From: Gemmatimonadales bacterium | Lineage (GTDB): Bacteria > Gemmatimonadota > Gemmatimonadetes > Gemmatimonadales > GWC2-71-9 | DNA length: 64,000 nucleotides | NCBI GenBank assembly: GCA_041390145.1 | Contig: JAWKQM010000012.1 | Span: 18,167 to 82,166 of the forward strand | Direction of reading: 5' to 3' | Shown: piece after piece, positions 30,504-39,479 of the stretch | Position numbering within the stretch: position 1 is the stretch's first letter | Layout: the number at the start of each line of letters is the position of its first letter | Notes under the pieces: model-generated | Told to the model about the DNA's origin: nothing | The model's input: the letters and a program-made list of their open reading frames with translations, nothing else | Database searches by the model: none | Translations under genes and position numbers: made by a program

Positions 30504-31976
30504 CTAACGTCCAGAGGTGGTGGAGGTGCCCGCGAGGGCCTGCGCCGCGGTACCCGCTGAGGTAACCGAAGAGGTCATGGCCGCTGCGCCGTCCGCCGTG
30601 CCGAGCGGCAGGTACGGCAGGAGCGCCCGCCGGAACCGCGCCACCTGCATGTCGCGCGCGGCCTGGGCCTGGTTGGCCCGTGCCTGCTCGAGCTGCAGGC
30701 GCACGTCCTGGAGTTCGGTCTGGGTCGAGACGCCCTCCGCGTACCGCAGTTCGGCGATCTCGTAGGCGCGGGTGGCCTGCTCGACCACGCTCGCCGTGGC
30801 CAGGCTGTTGTCCCGCGCCTCCCGGAGCCGGGCGTTGACCGTCTCGTTGTCGAGCGCCGCCTGCTCCGCGGTGAGCTTGGCCCGCAGCCGCGCCGCCTCG
30901 AGGTTGGCCGCCGCCTGCTGGCGGGCCCCGCTGATCCGCCCGGAGGTAAAGAGCGGCCAGTTGACGACGGCGCTGATGGTCCAGTCGTTGCCGAACTGGC
31001 TGTTGACCGGGAAGAAATCGCTGCTGTACCCGGCCCGGTTGTAGTTCATGGTCGTGGACATTGTGGGGATCCACTGACGGGAAGCCGCCGCGCTCAGCTG
31101 TTCGCTCTGCGCCACGGTTTCCGTGGCGGCCTGCACCACGGCACGCGCCTGGACCGTCGTGTCGGCGCTGGTGATCAGCGCGGCCACGTCCGCGGGCAGG
31201 TCGCCGATGTCCGGACTGTCGTCGAGCGGCGTGGCGAGCACGAGCTCCGTGGCGAGCGGGATGTCGAGCAGCTGCTTGAGCCGGGTCAGGGCGATGTCCC
31301 GGTTGGCCCGGGCCCGGGTGACGACGGGGATCTGGTTGTCGCGGGACACGCGCGCCCGGAGTTGCTCGAACTCCGACTGGGCACCGACCTCGCGGGCGAG
31401 CGTGACATCCGCCAGCGTCTTCTCCGCCTGCGCCAGCGTGAACTCGGTGATGGCCAGCAGCTGCGCGCTGAGGGAGGCGTCGTAATAGGCGCTGGCCACG
31501 GTCAGGATCGTCAGCGCCTGCTGCTGCGTCAGCTGCAGCTCGGAGACCCGGCTGGCGGCCTGGCTGGCGCCGAGCTGCGACCACTGACTCAGGTTGAAGA
31601 GCGACAGCCCCACGCTCCCACCCAACCGCCACTGGTTCGAGGAGGTAAAGGGATTCGCGATGTCACTCCCACCGCCGGAGAAGAGGTTCTCGTACGGGCT
31701 CGCGAGGACACGGGTGTACTGCGGCCCCAGGTTGACCTGGGGCAGCAGCGCGGCGCGGGTCTGCGTCACCGCGCCCTTGCTGCGACGGACGTCGGCCTTG
31801 GCGATTCCCACCTGCTCGCTGGCAGGCCGCGCCTCGGCGCGCGCCGAGGCGAGGGTGAGCCGCACGGTGTCGGCCGCCCCGGCCGACACCAGCGCTGCCG
31901 AGGGAGTTTGGGCATGCGCGGTCGTGACGATGACCAATCCGAGCAACAGGCTCAGGACGGGTGCGGTGGCTCTCAT
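30504..31976 (-). CDS. TolC family outer-membrane efflux protein
   Basis: Two-repeat OEP pattern. ATG 31976 (MRATAPVLSLLLGLVIVTTAHAQ) overlaps the TetR stop as ATGA. Confidence 0.85.
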   Translation of the reverse strand: MRATAPVLSLLLGLVIVTTAHAQTPSAALVSAGAADTVRLTLASARAEARPASEQVGIAKADVRRSKGAVTQTRAALLPQVNLGPQYTRVLASPYENLFSGGGSDIANPFTSSNQWRLGGSVGLSLFNLSQWSQLGASQAASRVSELQLTQQQALTILTVASAYYDASLSAQLLAITEFTLAQAEKTLADVTLAREVGAQSEFEQLRARVSRDNQIPVVTRARANRDIALTRLKQLLDIPLATELVLATPLDDSPDIGDLPADVAALITSADTTVQARAVVQAATETVAQSEQLSAAASRQWIPTMSTTMNYNRAGYSSDFFPVNSQFGNDWTISAVVNWPLFTSGRISGARQQAAANLEAARLRAKLTAEQAALDNETVNARLREARDNSLATASVVEQATRAYEIAELRYAEGVSTQTELQDVRLQLEQARANQAQAARDMQVARFRRALLPYLPLGTADGAAAMTSSVTSAGTAAQALAGTSTTSGR

Positions 31977-32572
31977 GGTGTGGTGTGCTCCGGGATGCCA
32001 GCTGGCACGCGCAGGGCGCGCAAGAGGACTTCGACGAACAGCGCGGCACAATCATCGAGCGACGGGATGTCCGGGACGAGATCGCGCCAGAGGGCGTTGC
32101 TCAGCAGCGAGTGGACCAGCATGGCGGCGCCCCCCTGGAGGAGCATCGGGTCTCCCGCATACAAAATCCCTCGCGTCTCGAGGACGGTGAGAAAGGCGAC
32201 CAGCTGCGTCATTTCATCACTGGGGTCTTCGCAGATGCGCGGCGCGATTTCCGGCCGCTGCACCGTGTCGCCGAGGATCTGCCGAATGAGCTTCTGGTGC
32301 TGATAGAACCGGTGGATGCAGGCCCGCGCCCACCGGTGCAATTCGGGGATCGGATCGGTCGCGTCGGCATTCAACGAGGCACGGCTGTGCCGATCCGCCA
32401 GCTCAATCGCTTCGCGCAGGAGGGCGTCCTTGCTCCCGAACTGGCGGAAGAGGGTGACCTCGTTGAGGCCCGCCTCTTCCGCGATGCGCCGGGTGGTGGT
32501 GCCGTGGTAGCCAGCCTCGGCGTACACCCGGGCCGCCACTTCGAGAAGTCGATCACGAGAATCGGTTGACAT
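31973..32572 (-). CDS. TetR/AcrR family transcriptional regulator
   Basis: N-terminal HTH LLEVAARVYAEAGYHGTTTRRIAEEAGLNEVTLFRQFGSKDALL. First gene of the efflux operon. Confidence 0.9.
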   Translation of the reverse strand: MSTDSRDRLLEVAARVYAEAGYHGTTTRRIAEEAGLNEVTLFRQFGSKDALLREAIELADRHSRASLNADATDPIPELHRWARACIHRFYQHQKLIRQILGDTVQRPEIAPRICEDPSDEMTQLVAFLTVLETRGILYAGDPMLLQGGAAMLVHSLLSNALWRDLVPDIPSLDDCAALFVEVLLRALRVPAGIPEHTTP

Positions 32573-32580
32573 GGGGCACG

Positions 32581-32609
32581 AAGTTAGAGCGTTCGGCCAG
32601 CCAATGCAA
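32581..32609 (-). promoter_or_regulatory. candidate sigma-70-type promoter of the TetR-efflux operon
   Basis: On the minus strand: TTGCAT-N17-TAACTT, with the -10 hexamer ending 8 nt before ATG 32572. There is no SD. Confidence 0.4.
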
Positions 32610-32612
32610 GTA

Positions 32613-32637
32613 TGTGCTTACATCACTGATGTGCACA
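32613..32637. promoter_or_regulatory. imperfect palindrome, candidate TetR operator
   Basis: TGTGC-TTA-CATCA-C-TGATG-T-GCACA lies in the unusually A+T-rich 144-bp gap upstream of the TetR-efflux operon. Confidence 0.4.
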
Positions 32638-32716
32638 GAACACACCGAAACGCTTAAACTATTACAAGTCAATGTTTTGAAGGACTACCACGGTTGGCCG
32701 TCACGCGGACCCTGGC

Positions 32717-34276
32717 CTAGGCTGCCCCCGCCGATGCCTCCCCAGGGACCCGCCGACGGTCGAGCGTGCGGTATTGGATCGCCTCACCCACGTGTGCCGT
32801 ATCGAGGTCATCCGCGCCGCCGAGATCGGCGATTGTCCGGGCAATCTTGAGTATGCGGTGGTAGGCGCGCGCGGAGAGTCCCAGGCGTGCCACCGCCCGG
32901 CGGAGGAGAAGTTCCACCGGCTCCGTCAACCGGCAGAACCGCCGGATTTCCCTTGCGGTCATGTGCGCGTTGGCGTACAGGCCGGGCAGCGCCGCAAAGC
33001 GGTGCCGCTGGCGCTGGCGGGCACCCTCCACGCGGGCCCGCACCGTGGCGCTGCTCTCCTCGGGCGTCGACGAGGCGAGGTCCCGGTAGGCCACCGCCGG
33101 CACTTCCAGGTGAATGTCGATGCGGTCGAGGAGCGGGCCGGAGAGCCGGGAGAGGTAGCGCTCCACATGCATCGGGGTGCAGCGACAGCGGTGAGCCGGG
33201 TCGCCAAGATAGCCGCAGGGACAGGGATTCATCGCGGCGGCGAGCATGAACCGGGCAGGGTAACTGAGCGTGATGGCCGCCCGGCTCAGGGTCACCGCGC
33301 CGTCTTCCAGCGGTTGCCGCAGGACCTCCAGCACGTTGGTGCGGAACTCAGGCAGTTCGTCGAGAAAGAGCACGCCGCCGTGCGCCAGGCTCACCTCGCC
33401 CGGCCTGGGTGTTGAGCCGCCGCCGATCAGGCCGGCGTCACTGATGGTGTGGTGCGGACTGCGGAAGGGCCGGACAACGCAGAGTGACTGCCCGGGCGCG
33501 AGGAGCCCGGCGACGCTGTGAACCTTGGTCGTCTCCAGCGCTTCCTCGAGCGCCATGCCGGGGAGGATGGAGGGGAGCCGGCGCGCCAGCATCGTCTTCC
33601 CTGCCCCGGGTGGGCCGACGAGCAGGATGTTGTGCGCCCCCGCGGCCGCCACTTCCAGGGCCCGCTTGGCCCCCGCCTGCGCGCGGACATCGGCAAAGTC
33701 CACAACGTCCGCCGCGCGCTCTGACATCAGCGCTCCGACGTCGATGCGTGTCGGTGAAAGCGAGGGACCGGAGCCAAGGTGCTCGCAGACTTCCGCCAGC
33801 GAGCGGGCGCCCCGCACCTCGATCCCCTCCACGACGGCCGCCTCGGACAGGTTGGCCACCGGGAGAATCACTCCCTTGAGCCCGGCCCTGCGCGCCGCGA
33901 GCGTCATCGACAGCGCGCCACGCACCGGGCGCAGATCTCCTTCCAGCCCCACCTCCCCGACCACGAGGTGCTCGGCCAGCGCCACCGCGGTCAGCTGTTC
34001 GCTCGCCGCCAGGATTCCCAGGGCGATGGGGAGGTCAAACCCCGAGCCGTCCTTCCGGACATCAGCCGGGGCAAGGTTGATCGTGATCCGTTTGAGCGGG
34101 AAGCTGAAGCCGGCGTTGACGAGCGCGGCAGTGACCCGCTCCCGTCCCTCCTTCACGGCGCCGTGCGGCAGCCCGACGGTGGCGACGGAAGGAAGACCAT
34201 TGGTGATGTCCACCTCAACCTCGACCAGGTAGGCGTCGATGCCGAGGACGGCGGCGGAGCGGATCCGGGCAAGCAT
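32717..34276 (-). CDS. comM: YifB/ComM family Mg-chelatase-like AAA+ ATPase
   Basis: N-terminal Lon-like domain, Walker A GPPGAGKT, VLFLDELPEF, and the C-terminal Mg-chelatase-subunit-like region typical of YifB. Confidence 0.9.
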   Translation of the reverse strand: MLARIRSAAVLGIDAYLVEVEVDITNGLPSVATVGLPHGAVKEGRERVTAALVNAGFSFPLKRITINLAPADVRKDGSGFDLPIALGILAASEQLTAVALAEHLVVGEVGLEGDLRPVRGALSMTLAARRAGLKGVILPVANLSEAAVVEGIEVRGARSLAEVCEHLGSGPSLSPTRIDVGALMSERAADVVDFADVRAQAGAKRALEVAAAGAHNILLVGPPGAGKTMLARRLPSILPGMALEEALETTKVHSVAGLLAPGQSLCVVRPFRSPHHTISDAGLIGGGSTPRPGEVSLAHGGVLFLDELPEFRTNVLEVLRQPLEDGAVTLSRAAITLSYPARFMLAAAMNPCPCGYLGDPAHRCRCTPMHVERYLSRLSGPLLDRIDIHLEVPAVAYRDLASSTPEESSATVRARVEGARQRQRHRFAALPGLYANAHMTAREIRRFCRLTEPVELLLRRAVARLGLSARAYHRILKIARTIADLGGADDLDTAHVGEAIQYRTLDRRRVPGEASAGAA

Positions 34277-34447
34277 GGGAGCAGCACCTCCAAGGAGTCG
34301 CCTATGCTACCGAACCGGCCCATGCCCAGCGGGATGGTTCGACCGCGGCCGGGAGCCGGAACACGCGAACGCACGGCCCGATCCCGATTGCAACCATTCT
34401 TGCCCTGGGGCCGTCCTACCTTTAGTCTGTCTGAAGGAGGTGGACAG

Positions 34448-34798
34448 ATGGCCGATCATGGCGGGGAACTGCTGCAGGGCACGCTGGAGATGCTGGTGCT
34501 GAAGACGCTCGCGCTCGAACCCCTGCACGGCTGGGGCATAGCCCATCGGATCCAGGCGCTCTCGGGTGAGGTGTTCCTGGTCAGCCAGGGTTCACTCTAC
34601 CCTGCCCTGATCCGGATGAAACGCCGGGGACTGGTGCGATCCGAGTGGCGCATGACCGAGAACCGCCGGCGCGCGCGCTATTACGAGCTGACCCCGGCCG
34701 GTCGGCGTCAGCTCGAGGTGGAACGGAACAGCTGGCGTCGCGCCTCCGCAGCGATAGACGGCATCCTGAACGCCCAATGGGCCATCGAGGGAGCATGA
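34448..34798 (+). CDS. PadR family transcriptional regulator (acidobacterial type)
   Basis: GAAGGAGG SD before ATG 34448. LQGTLEMLVLKTLALEPLHGWGIAHRI...SQGSLYPALIRMKRRGL winged-helix pattern. Confidence 0.9.
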   Translation: MADHGGELLQGTLEMLVLKTLALEPLHGWGIAHRIQALSGEVFLVSQGSLYPALIRMKRRGLVRSEWRMTENRRRARYYELTPAGRRQLEVERNSWRRASAAIDGILNAQWAIEGA

Positions 34799-37461
34799 CC
34801 TTCATTACCGATGCGATCGAGCGGATCCGGGCACTGTTGTTCCGTCGACGCGAGGAGCGCGAACTGGCGGAAGAATTGCGCTTTCATCTGGAGGAAGAGG
34901 CGGAGTACCGGCGCCGGGCCGGACTCGAGGATGGGGCGGCGGTGCGCCAGAGCCGGCTGGCGCTGGGAGGCGTCGAGCGAACCAAGGAGGAGGTGCGCGA
35001 TGCCCGCGGCACCCGCTGGCTCGAGGACACCCGGGGCGACATCGCCTTCACGCTGCGAACCCTCGCCCACCACAAGGGGTTTGCCGCAGTCGTCATCCTG
35101 ACCCTGGCGCTCGGCATCGGCGGCACCACCGCCGTCTTCAGCGCCGTGGACGCGGTCCTGCTGCAGCCGTTGCCGTACCAGGACCCGGGGCAGCTCGTCC
35201 GGCTGTATGCCTCGAATGTCGAGGCCCCGGACGCACAGAATTTTCTCTCACCAGTGCAGTTCGGTGTGTACCGCGACCAGCTCGAATCGATGGAGTCGCT
35301 CGCCGCGCTCCTCACCTACTCGGAGCGCGGGGCGGATATCGGATCGGGCACCGATGCCCACCGGATTCGCCTGCTCTACACCAGCGCCAACTACTTCGAC
35401 GTCCTCCGGGTGGCCCCCGCCCTCGGGCGGACCCTCCCGCCCGAGGCCGAACGCGGGCCTGGTGCCGGGGACGAGAACGATGCCGCGCCGCTCGTTGTGC
35501 TGAGTCACCAGCTCTGGCTGGATCAGTTCCATGGCGACCCAGCGGCCGTCGGCGGCAGCCTGCTGATGAACGGCAAATCCTATCAGGTGATCGGCGTCAT
35601 GCCGGCGGGCTTCAAGGATCCAATCGCCGACGGCGTCGCGGCCTGGGTGCCCCTCGACCTGAGTTTCGCCAGCGATCCCGGCCAGGCCGGCAATCACTAC
35701 ATCTCGGTCATCGGCCGCCTGCGGCCGGGCGTCCCGCTGGCTGGCGCTCAGGGAGACGTCGATCGCATTGCGCTCCAGATGGCCGCGGACTATCCGGCCA
35801 TCCAGCGGGAACGGGGGCGGCTCTACCCGCTGAAGGAAGACGTGGTCGGATCGTCGAGCCGGGCCCTCGGCATCATGCTCGGCGCGGTGGGGCTGGTACT
35901 GTTGCTGGTCTGCGTGAACCTGGCGAACCTGATGCTCGTCCGCGGCTCTGAGCGCGGCCGGGAGTTCGCAGTGCGGTCGGCGCTCGGTGCGGGAGGTCGT
36001 CGCCTCGCACGACAACTCTTCATCGAGAGCCTCACACTCGCGCTGGCAGGGGCGCTCGCGGGGCTGGTCGTCGCCCGCCTTGCGATGGCCGCCATCGTCG
36101 CCCTCGGAGCCGGCACCCTCCCGCGGCTCGAGTCCCTCTCGCTAAACCCGTGGCTGTTGCTGTTCTCCCTGGCACTGGCGAGCGGCTGCGCGGTCCTGTT
36201 CGGGCTGGCGCCTGCGCTCCGTGCGGCACGCACACAGCCGGGGGACGTCCTGCGGGATCAGAGCCGGTCGAATTCCGGCGGCGCACGGTCGCTGCGAGGG
36301 CGGGAGTGGCTCGTCATCTCCCAGGTGGCACTCGCCTTCGTCCTTCTGATCGGTGCCGGGCTCCTGCTCGCCTCATTTCGGCAGATCGGGCGTGTCGACC
36401 TCGGTATCACAACAGACAACATCCTGACCTTTCAGCTGAACCTGCCTGACGCACGATACGACTCTACCGCCCGTGCGAGCTTCTTTGATACGTTCGCGGA
36501 GCAGGTGGCCGCGCTCCCCGGCGTCCGTGCCGCCGGCGGGGTGTCCAGGCTCCCGGCCACCGGTGCGTACCACCAGTGGGGGACCGTGGCGTTGTCGGGG
36601 CCCCTGGTGGGAGATCGAGAACGTGGAAGAACAGGCGCGCAGAACCGCGTGGTGTCCGGCGATTACTTCAAGGCCATGGGCATCCCGCTGCTCGCCGGGC
36701 GGACCTTCACCGCGGGCGACGACCAGTCAGCCCCGGATCGCGTGGTCATCAGCCAGCAACTGGCCGAGCGGCTGTTCCCCGGCATTGAAGCCGTTGGACA
36801 GCGGCTCAACAGCGGAGGCAGGGACAATGAGGTCATAGGCGTGGTGGGGAATGTGGCGGTCACAAACGAGGGCGAGGCGGACAATTTCGTGTATCACGCG
36901 CACCGGCAGTTCGCGGGAGACCGCAACTGGGCCCTGACCCAGGTCGTTGCCACCGACGGCCCACCGACGGCCATGGTGCCCCGCATCCGGGAGTTGCTCG
37001 CCGCCGCGGACCCACAGCTGGTCCTGTTCCGCCCCAGCCCGCTCGACGAAGTCATTGGCCGGGGTGCCGCGCAGCGACTCTTCACGATGCGCATCCTGCT
37101 GACCTTTGCCGCCGTGGCGCTGGCGCTCGCCGCGCTCGGATTGTTCGGGGTGCTCTCCTATGGCGTCAAGCTCCGCACCAGGGAGTTCGGTATTCGCATG
37201 GCGCTGGGCGCTGAACGGGGCACCATTCGCCGGGGCGTGCTGCGTCAGGGCTTGACGGTCGCGGCGTTCGGCGTCGTCCTCGGGCTTGTGGTGGCATTGC
37301 CTCTCTCGAGGCTGATGCGAGCCCTGCTCTTCCAGGTCAGCCCGCTCGACCTCCGGGTAATTGCCGGGGCAGTTCTGTTTACCGCCGTCGTCGCCACCGT
37401 CGCCAGCTACGTGCCGGCACGACAGGCGACCGCCGTCGATCCGCGAACGGCGCTGCAGTAG
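34795..37461 (+). CDS. ADOP-type duplicated FtsX/MacB-like ABC permease without adjacent ATPase
   Basis: ATG 34795 overlaps the PadR stop (ATGA). N-terminal permease-prefix helix (ELAEELRFHLEEE), then two MacB-periplasmic-core plus FtsX repeats. Each repeat contains REFAVRSALGA / REFGIRMALGA. Confidence 0.85.
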   Translation: MTFITDAIERIRALLFRRREERELAEELRFHLEEEAEYRRRAGLEDGAAVRQSRLALGGVERTKEEVRDARGTRWLEDTRGDIAFTLRTLAHHKGFAAVVILTLALGIGGTTAVFSAVDAVLLQPLPYQDPGQLVRLYASNVEAPDAQNFLSPVQFGVYRDQLESMESLAALLTYSERGADIGSGTDAHRIRLLYTSANYFDVLRVAPALGRTLPPEAERGPGAGDENDAAPLVVLSHQLWLDQFHGDPAAVGGSLLMNGKSYQVIGVMPAGFKDPIADGVAAWVPLDLSFASDPGQAGNHYISVIGRLRPGVPLAGAQGDVDRIALQMAADYPAIQRERGRLYPLKEDVVGSSSRALGIMLGAVGLVLLLVCVNLANLMLVRGSERGREFAVRSALGAGGRRLARQLFIESLTLALAGALAGLVVARLAMAAIVALGAGTLPRLESLSLNPWLLLFSLALASGCAVLFGLAPALRAARTQPGDVLRDQSRSNSGGARSLRGREWLVISQVALAFVLLIGAGLLLASFRQIGRVDLGITTDNILTFQLNLPDARYDSTARASFFDTFAEQVAALPGVRAAGGVSRLPATGAYHQWGTVALSGPLVGDRERGRTGAQNRVVSGDYFKAMGIPLLAGRTFTAGDDQSAPDRVVISQQLAERLFPGIEAVGQRLNSGGRDNEVIGVVGNVAVTNEGEADNFVYHAHRQFAGDRNWALTQVVATDGPPTAMVPRIRELLAAADPQLVLFRPSPLDEVIGRGAAQRLFTMRILLTFAAVALALAALGLFGVLSYGVKLRTREFGIRMALGAERGTIRRGVLRQGLTVAAFGVVLGLVVALPLSRLMRALLFQVSPLDLRVIAGAVLFTAVVATVASYVPARQATAVDPRTALQ

Positions 37462-37479
37462 GCCTGATGCTCCACCGGA

Positions 37480-37509
37480 GGGACGCGGGCGCTACGGCAC
37501 CCGCGTCCC
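37480..37509. terminator. hairpin between convergent ADOP and DUF2911 genes
   Basis: Perfect 10-bp stem GGGACGCGGG / CCCGCGTCCC with a 10-nt loop. It overlaps the last codons of DUF2911 paralog 1. There is no U-tract. Confidence 0.4.
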
Positions 37510-38397
37510 GACCGCCTGGATCGTGTCGTCCTTCCGACGGATGACGAACCCCGTGGCCTTCCCGTCCGCGACCGCAAACTCCGTGGCCAGGCTCGGTACG
37601 GCGTCGAACATGTCGCCCTCCTCGATGAACCCGGGATAGAAGGCGTCGTCGCCGATGCTGACCAGGATCGCGTGGTACGGCGCCCCACTGTCGCCCGTCA
37701 CCTCCCAGTCGAGCATCAGCTTGCCTCCGTCGTACGAGACCTTCCAGGTCTCCTGCGGAGGAGGAGTGGAATCCGGCGCCGCCGCCGTGTCTCTCGGAAT
37801 CCAGCGCACGGCATAGTCGCCGACATACCGGGGGGCGAGGTTCGCGTCGAGGGTCAGGGGATGCGACGGGGTGACCGCGATGGTCAACCGGGCCGACCGC
37901 CCGGCCCAAGCCATCTCCAGGACCGTGCCGGTCGACGACGGCTCGGGGAACGACCAGACCAGGACCTCCGGCCCCGCCACGCTGTCGGGGGTGACCGGAA
38001 ATCGAATCTGGCTGCTGTCGGGTTTCGGGTGGGCGGTGTGGAACTGCTTCGCCTTCGGGTCGAGAATGACCGTCCAGGTCCCCTGCTCCACCTCCATCCA
38101 CACCGAGTACTTCCCCTTCGGGACCGCGTGCCCCTCGATGGTGACGTCGTTCGAGACGTCAAGCGTCGTGGCCCAGTTGGCGCCCGGGGTCCAGACCTCC
38201 CCCCATTGGACTTCCTTCCCGTAGATCGGGGAGCGGCCCCGTGTGCGTGGCCGGCTGTACTCCACCGTGAGCACCGTCCCGTCGACCGTCTGCGACACGG
38301 TGGCCGGTTCGCTTGCACGGACCTGCGACCACCCGTTCGCGGGGAGCGACATCACTCCGACTGCTGCGACCAGCCACATACGGACGTGCGACATCAT
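37492..38397 (-). CDS. exported DUF2911-like protein with divergent C-terminal beta domain, paralog 1
   Basis: Signal peptide. EYSRPRTRGRSPIYGKEVQWGEVWTPGANWATTLDVSNDVTIEGHAVPKGKYSVWMEV...WTVILDP. C-terminal YVGDY...GFVIRR pattern. Start is ATG 38397 or 38394. Confidence 0.7.
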   Translation of the reverse strand: MMSHVRMWLVAAVGVMSLPANGWSQVRASEPATVSQTVDGTVLTVEYSRPRTRGRSPIYGKEVQWGEVWTPGANWATTLDVSNDVTIEGHAVPKGKYSVWMEVEQGTWTVILDPKAKQFHTAHPKPDSSQIRFPVTPDSVAGPEVLVWSFPEPSSTGTVLEMAWAGRSARLTIAVTPSHPLTLDANLAPRYVGDYAVRWIPRDTAAAPDSTPPPQETWKVSYDGGKLMLDWEVTGDSGAPYHAILVSIGDDAFYPGFIEEGDMFDAVPSLATEFAVADGKATGFVIRRKDDTIQAVGTRVP

Positions 38398-38496
38398 CCC
38401 TCCCAGGGACGTACGCTCCACATCGTGAGACGGGCGGCACAACCGTGACTGACCACGGAAGCGTCGCCCGACAAGACATTCAGATTGGCGCAGGTG

Positions 38497-39429
38497 CTAC
38501 TTGATCCGAGCCGCCGACCCCATCACCTGGTCGTCCTCGCCGCGTACCACAAAGCCGGTGGCCGTCCCGTTCTTCACCTCAAACTCGACGACCAGGTCGT
38601 TGGCGACGTCGAACACCTCGTCGTCGACCATCGCGCCCGGGTTGAACCAGTCATTGCCGATCTTGATCAACACCATGTGGGACCACTCCGGAAAGATCGG
38701 CGGATCCCAGTCGGAGAGCAGCATGCCATCACGATAGACCACGGTCCAGGTCGATGCCTCGGGCATCGGGGGACCCTCGTCCGGAGCGTCGGGGGGCGGC
38801 GCCGAATCGCCCGGAGGCGGCTCAGGGCGGGGCGCAAAACGGAACTCATACGTGCCGGTGTATTGCGGCGCCAGCGATGCGGCGAGCGTGAGCGGGTGGG
38901 ACGGCGGGACGACCACGTCCAGCGGCACCGACCGCCCGGCCCACGCCATCTGGAGCGTCATGCCCGTCGGACCGGTTCGGGGGAACGACCAGGTGAGTAC
39001 CTCGGGGCCGCTCACGCTGTCGGGAGTGACCGCAAACCGGATCTGGCTGCTGTCTGGCGACGGATGTACCGTGTGAAAAAGCTTCGCCCTCGGGTCGAGG
39101 ATGACCGTCCAATCCCCTGGCTCAACCTGCATCCACACCGAGTACTTCCCTTTGGGAACGGCGTGCCCGTTGATGGTGACATCGTTCGAGACGTCGAGCG
39201 TGGTAGCCCAGTTGGCGCCGGGGGTCCAGACCTCACCCCACTTGACCTCATCGCCGTAAATCGGCGACCGGCCCCGAGTCCGGGGTCGGCTGTATTCGAG
39301 GGTGAGCACGGTCCCGTCAATCGTCTGCGAAATCGTCGCGGCTTCGCTGGCCCGAATTTGCGCCTGCACCGGAGCCCCCATCACCAGGAGGGAACTCACC
39401 AGCAGCGGCCATCTGCAGCACTTGGTCAT
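38497..39429 (-). CDS. exported DUF2911-like protein, paralog 2
   Basis: Signal peptide MTKCCRWPLLVSSLLVMGAPVQAQ. The N-domain is nearly identical in blocks to paralog 1. The C-terminal domain has diverged and carries a Pro-rich insert. Confidence 0.7.
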   Translation of the reverse strand: MTKCCRWPLLVSSLLVMGAPVQAQIRASEAATISQTIDGTVLTLEYSRPRTRGRSPIYGDEVKWGEVWTPGANWATTLDVSNDVTINGHAVPKGKYSVWMQVEPGDWTVILDPRAKLFHTVHPSPDSSQIRFAVTPDSVSGPEVLTWSFPRTGPTGMTLQMAWAGRSVPLDVVVPPSHPLTLAASLAPQYTGTYEFRFAPRPEPPPGDSAPPPDAPDEGPPMPEASTWTVVYRDGMLLSDWDPPIFPEWSHMVLIKIGNDWFNPGAMVDDEVFDVANDLVVEFEVKNGTATGFVVRGEDDQVMGSAARIK

Positions 39430-39479
39430 CAACACCCCCACGGTGTGGCGGCCCGGATCGCTCGCCCCTACGGCACGCA

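Noticed and set aside
32573-32716. tRNA or small RNA gene in the A+T-rich gap.
   Set aside because: I found no acceptor or T-arm pairing pattern and no terminator-like 3' end. Promoter plus operator for the TetR operon explains the composition adequately.
33779-34798. 339-aa plus-strand ORF ending at the PadR stop.
   Set aside because: Only the last 116 codons (from ATG 34448, which has a strong GGAGG SD) look like PadR. The upstream two-thirds are antisense to comM/yifB and compositionally non-protein-like.
36321-36340. Sigma-54 promoter candidates (TGGCAC hits at about 36326, 40613, 45573 and 62263), sought because a sigma-54 activator is present.
   Set aside because: All hits are inside coding regions and lack the TTGC element at the required 5-nt spacing. 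No convincing -24/-12 promoter was found in any intergenic gap of this window.
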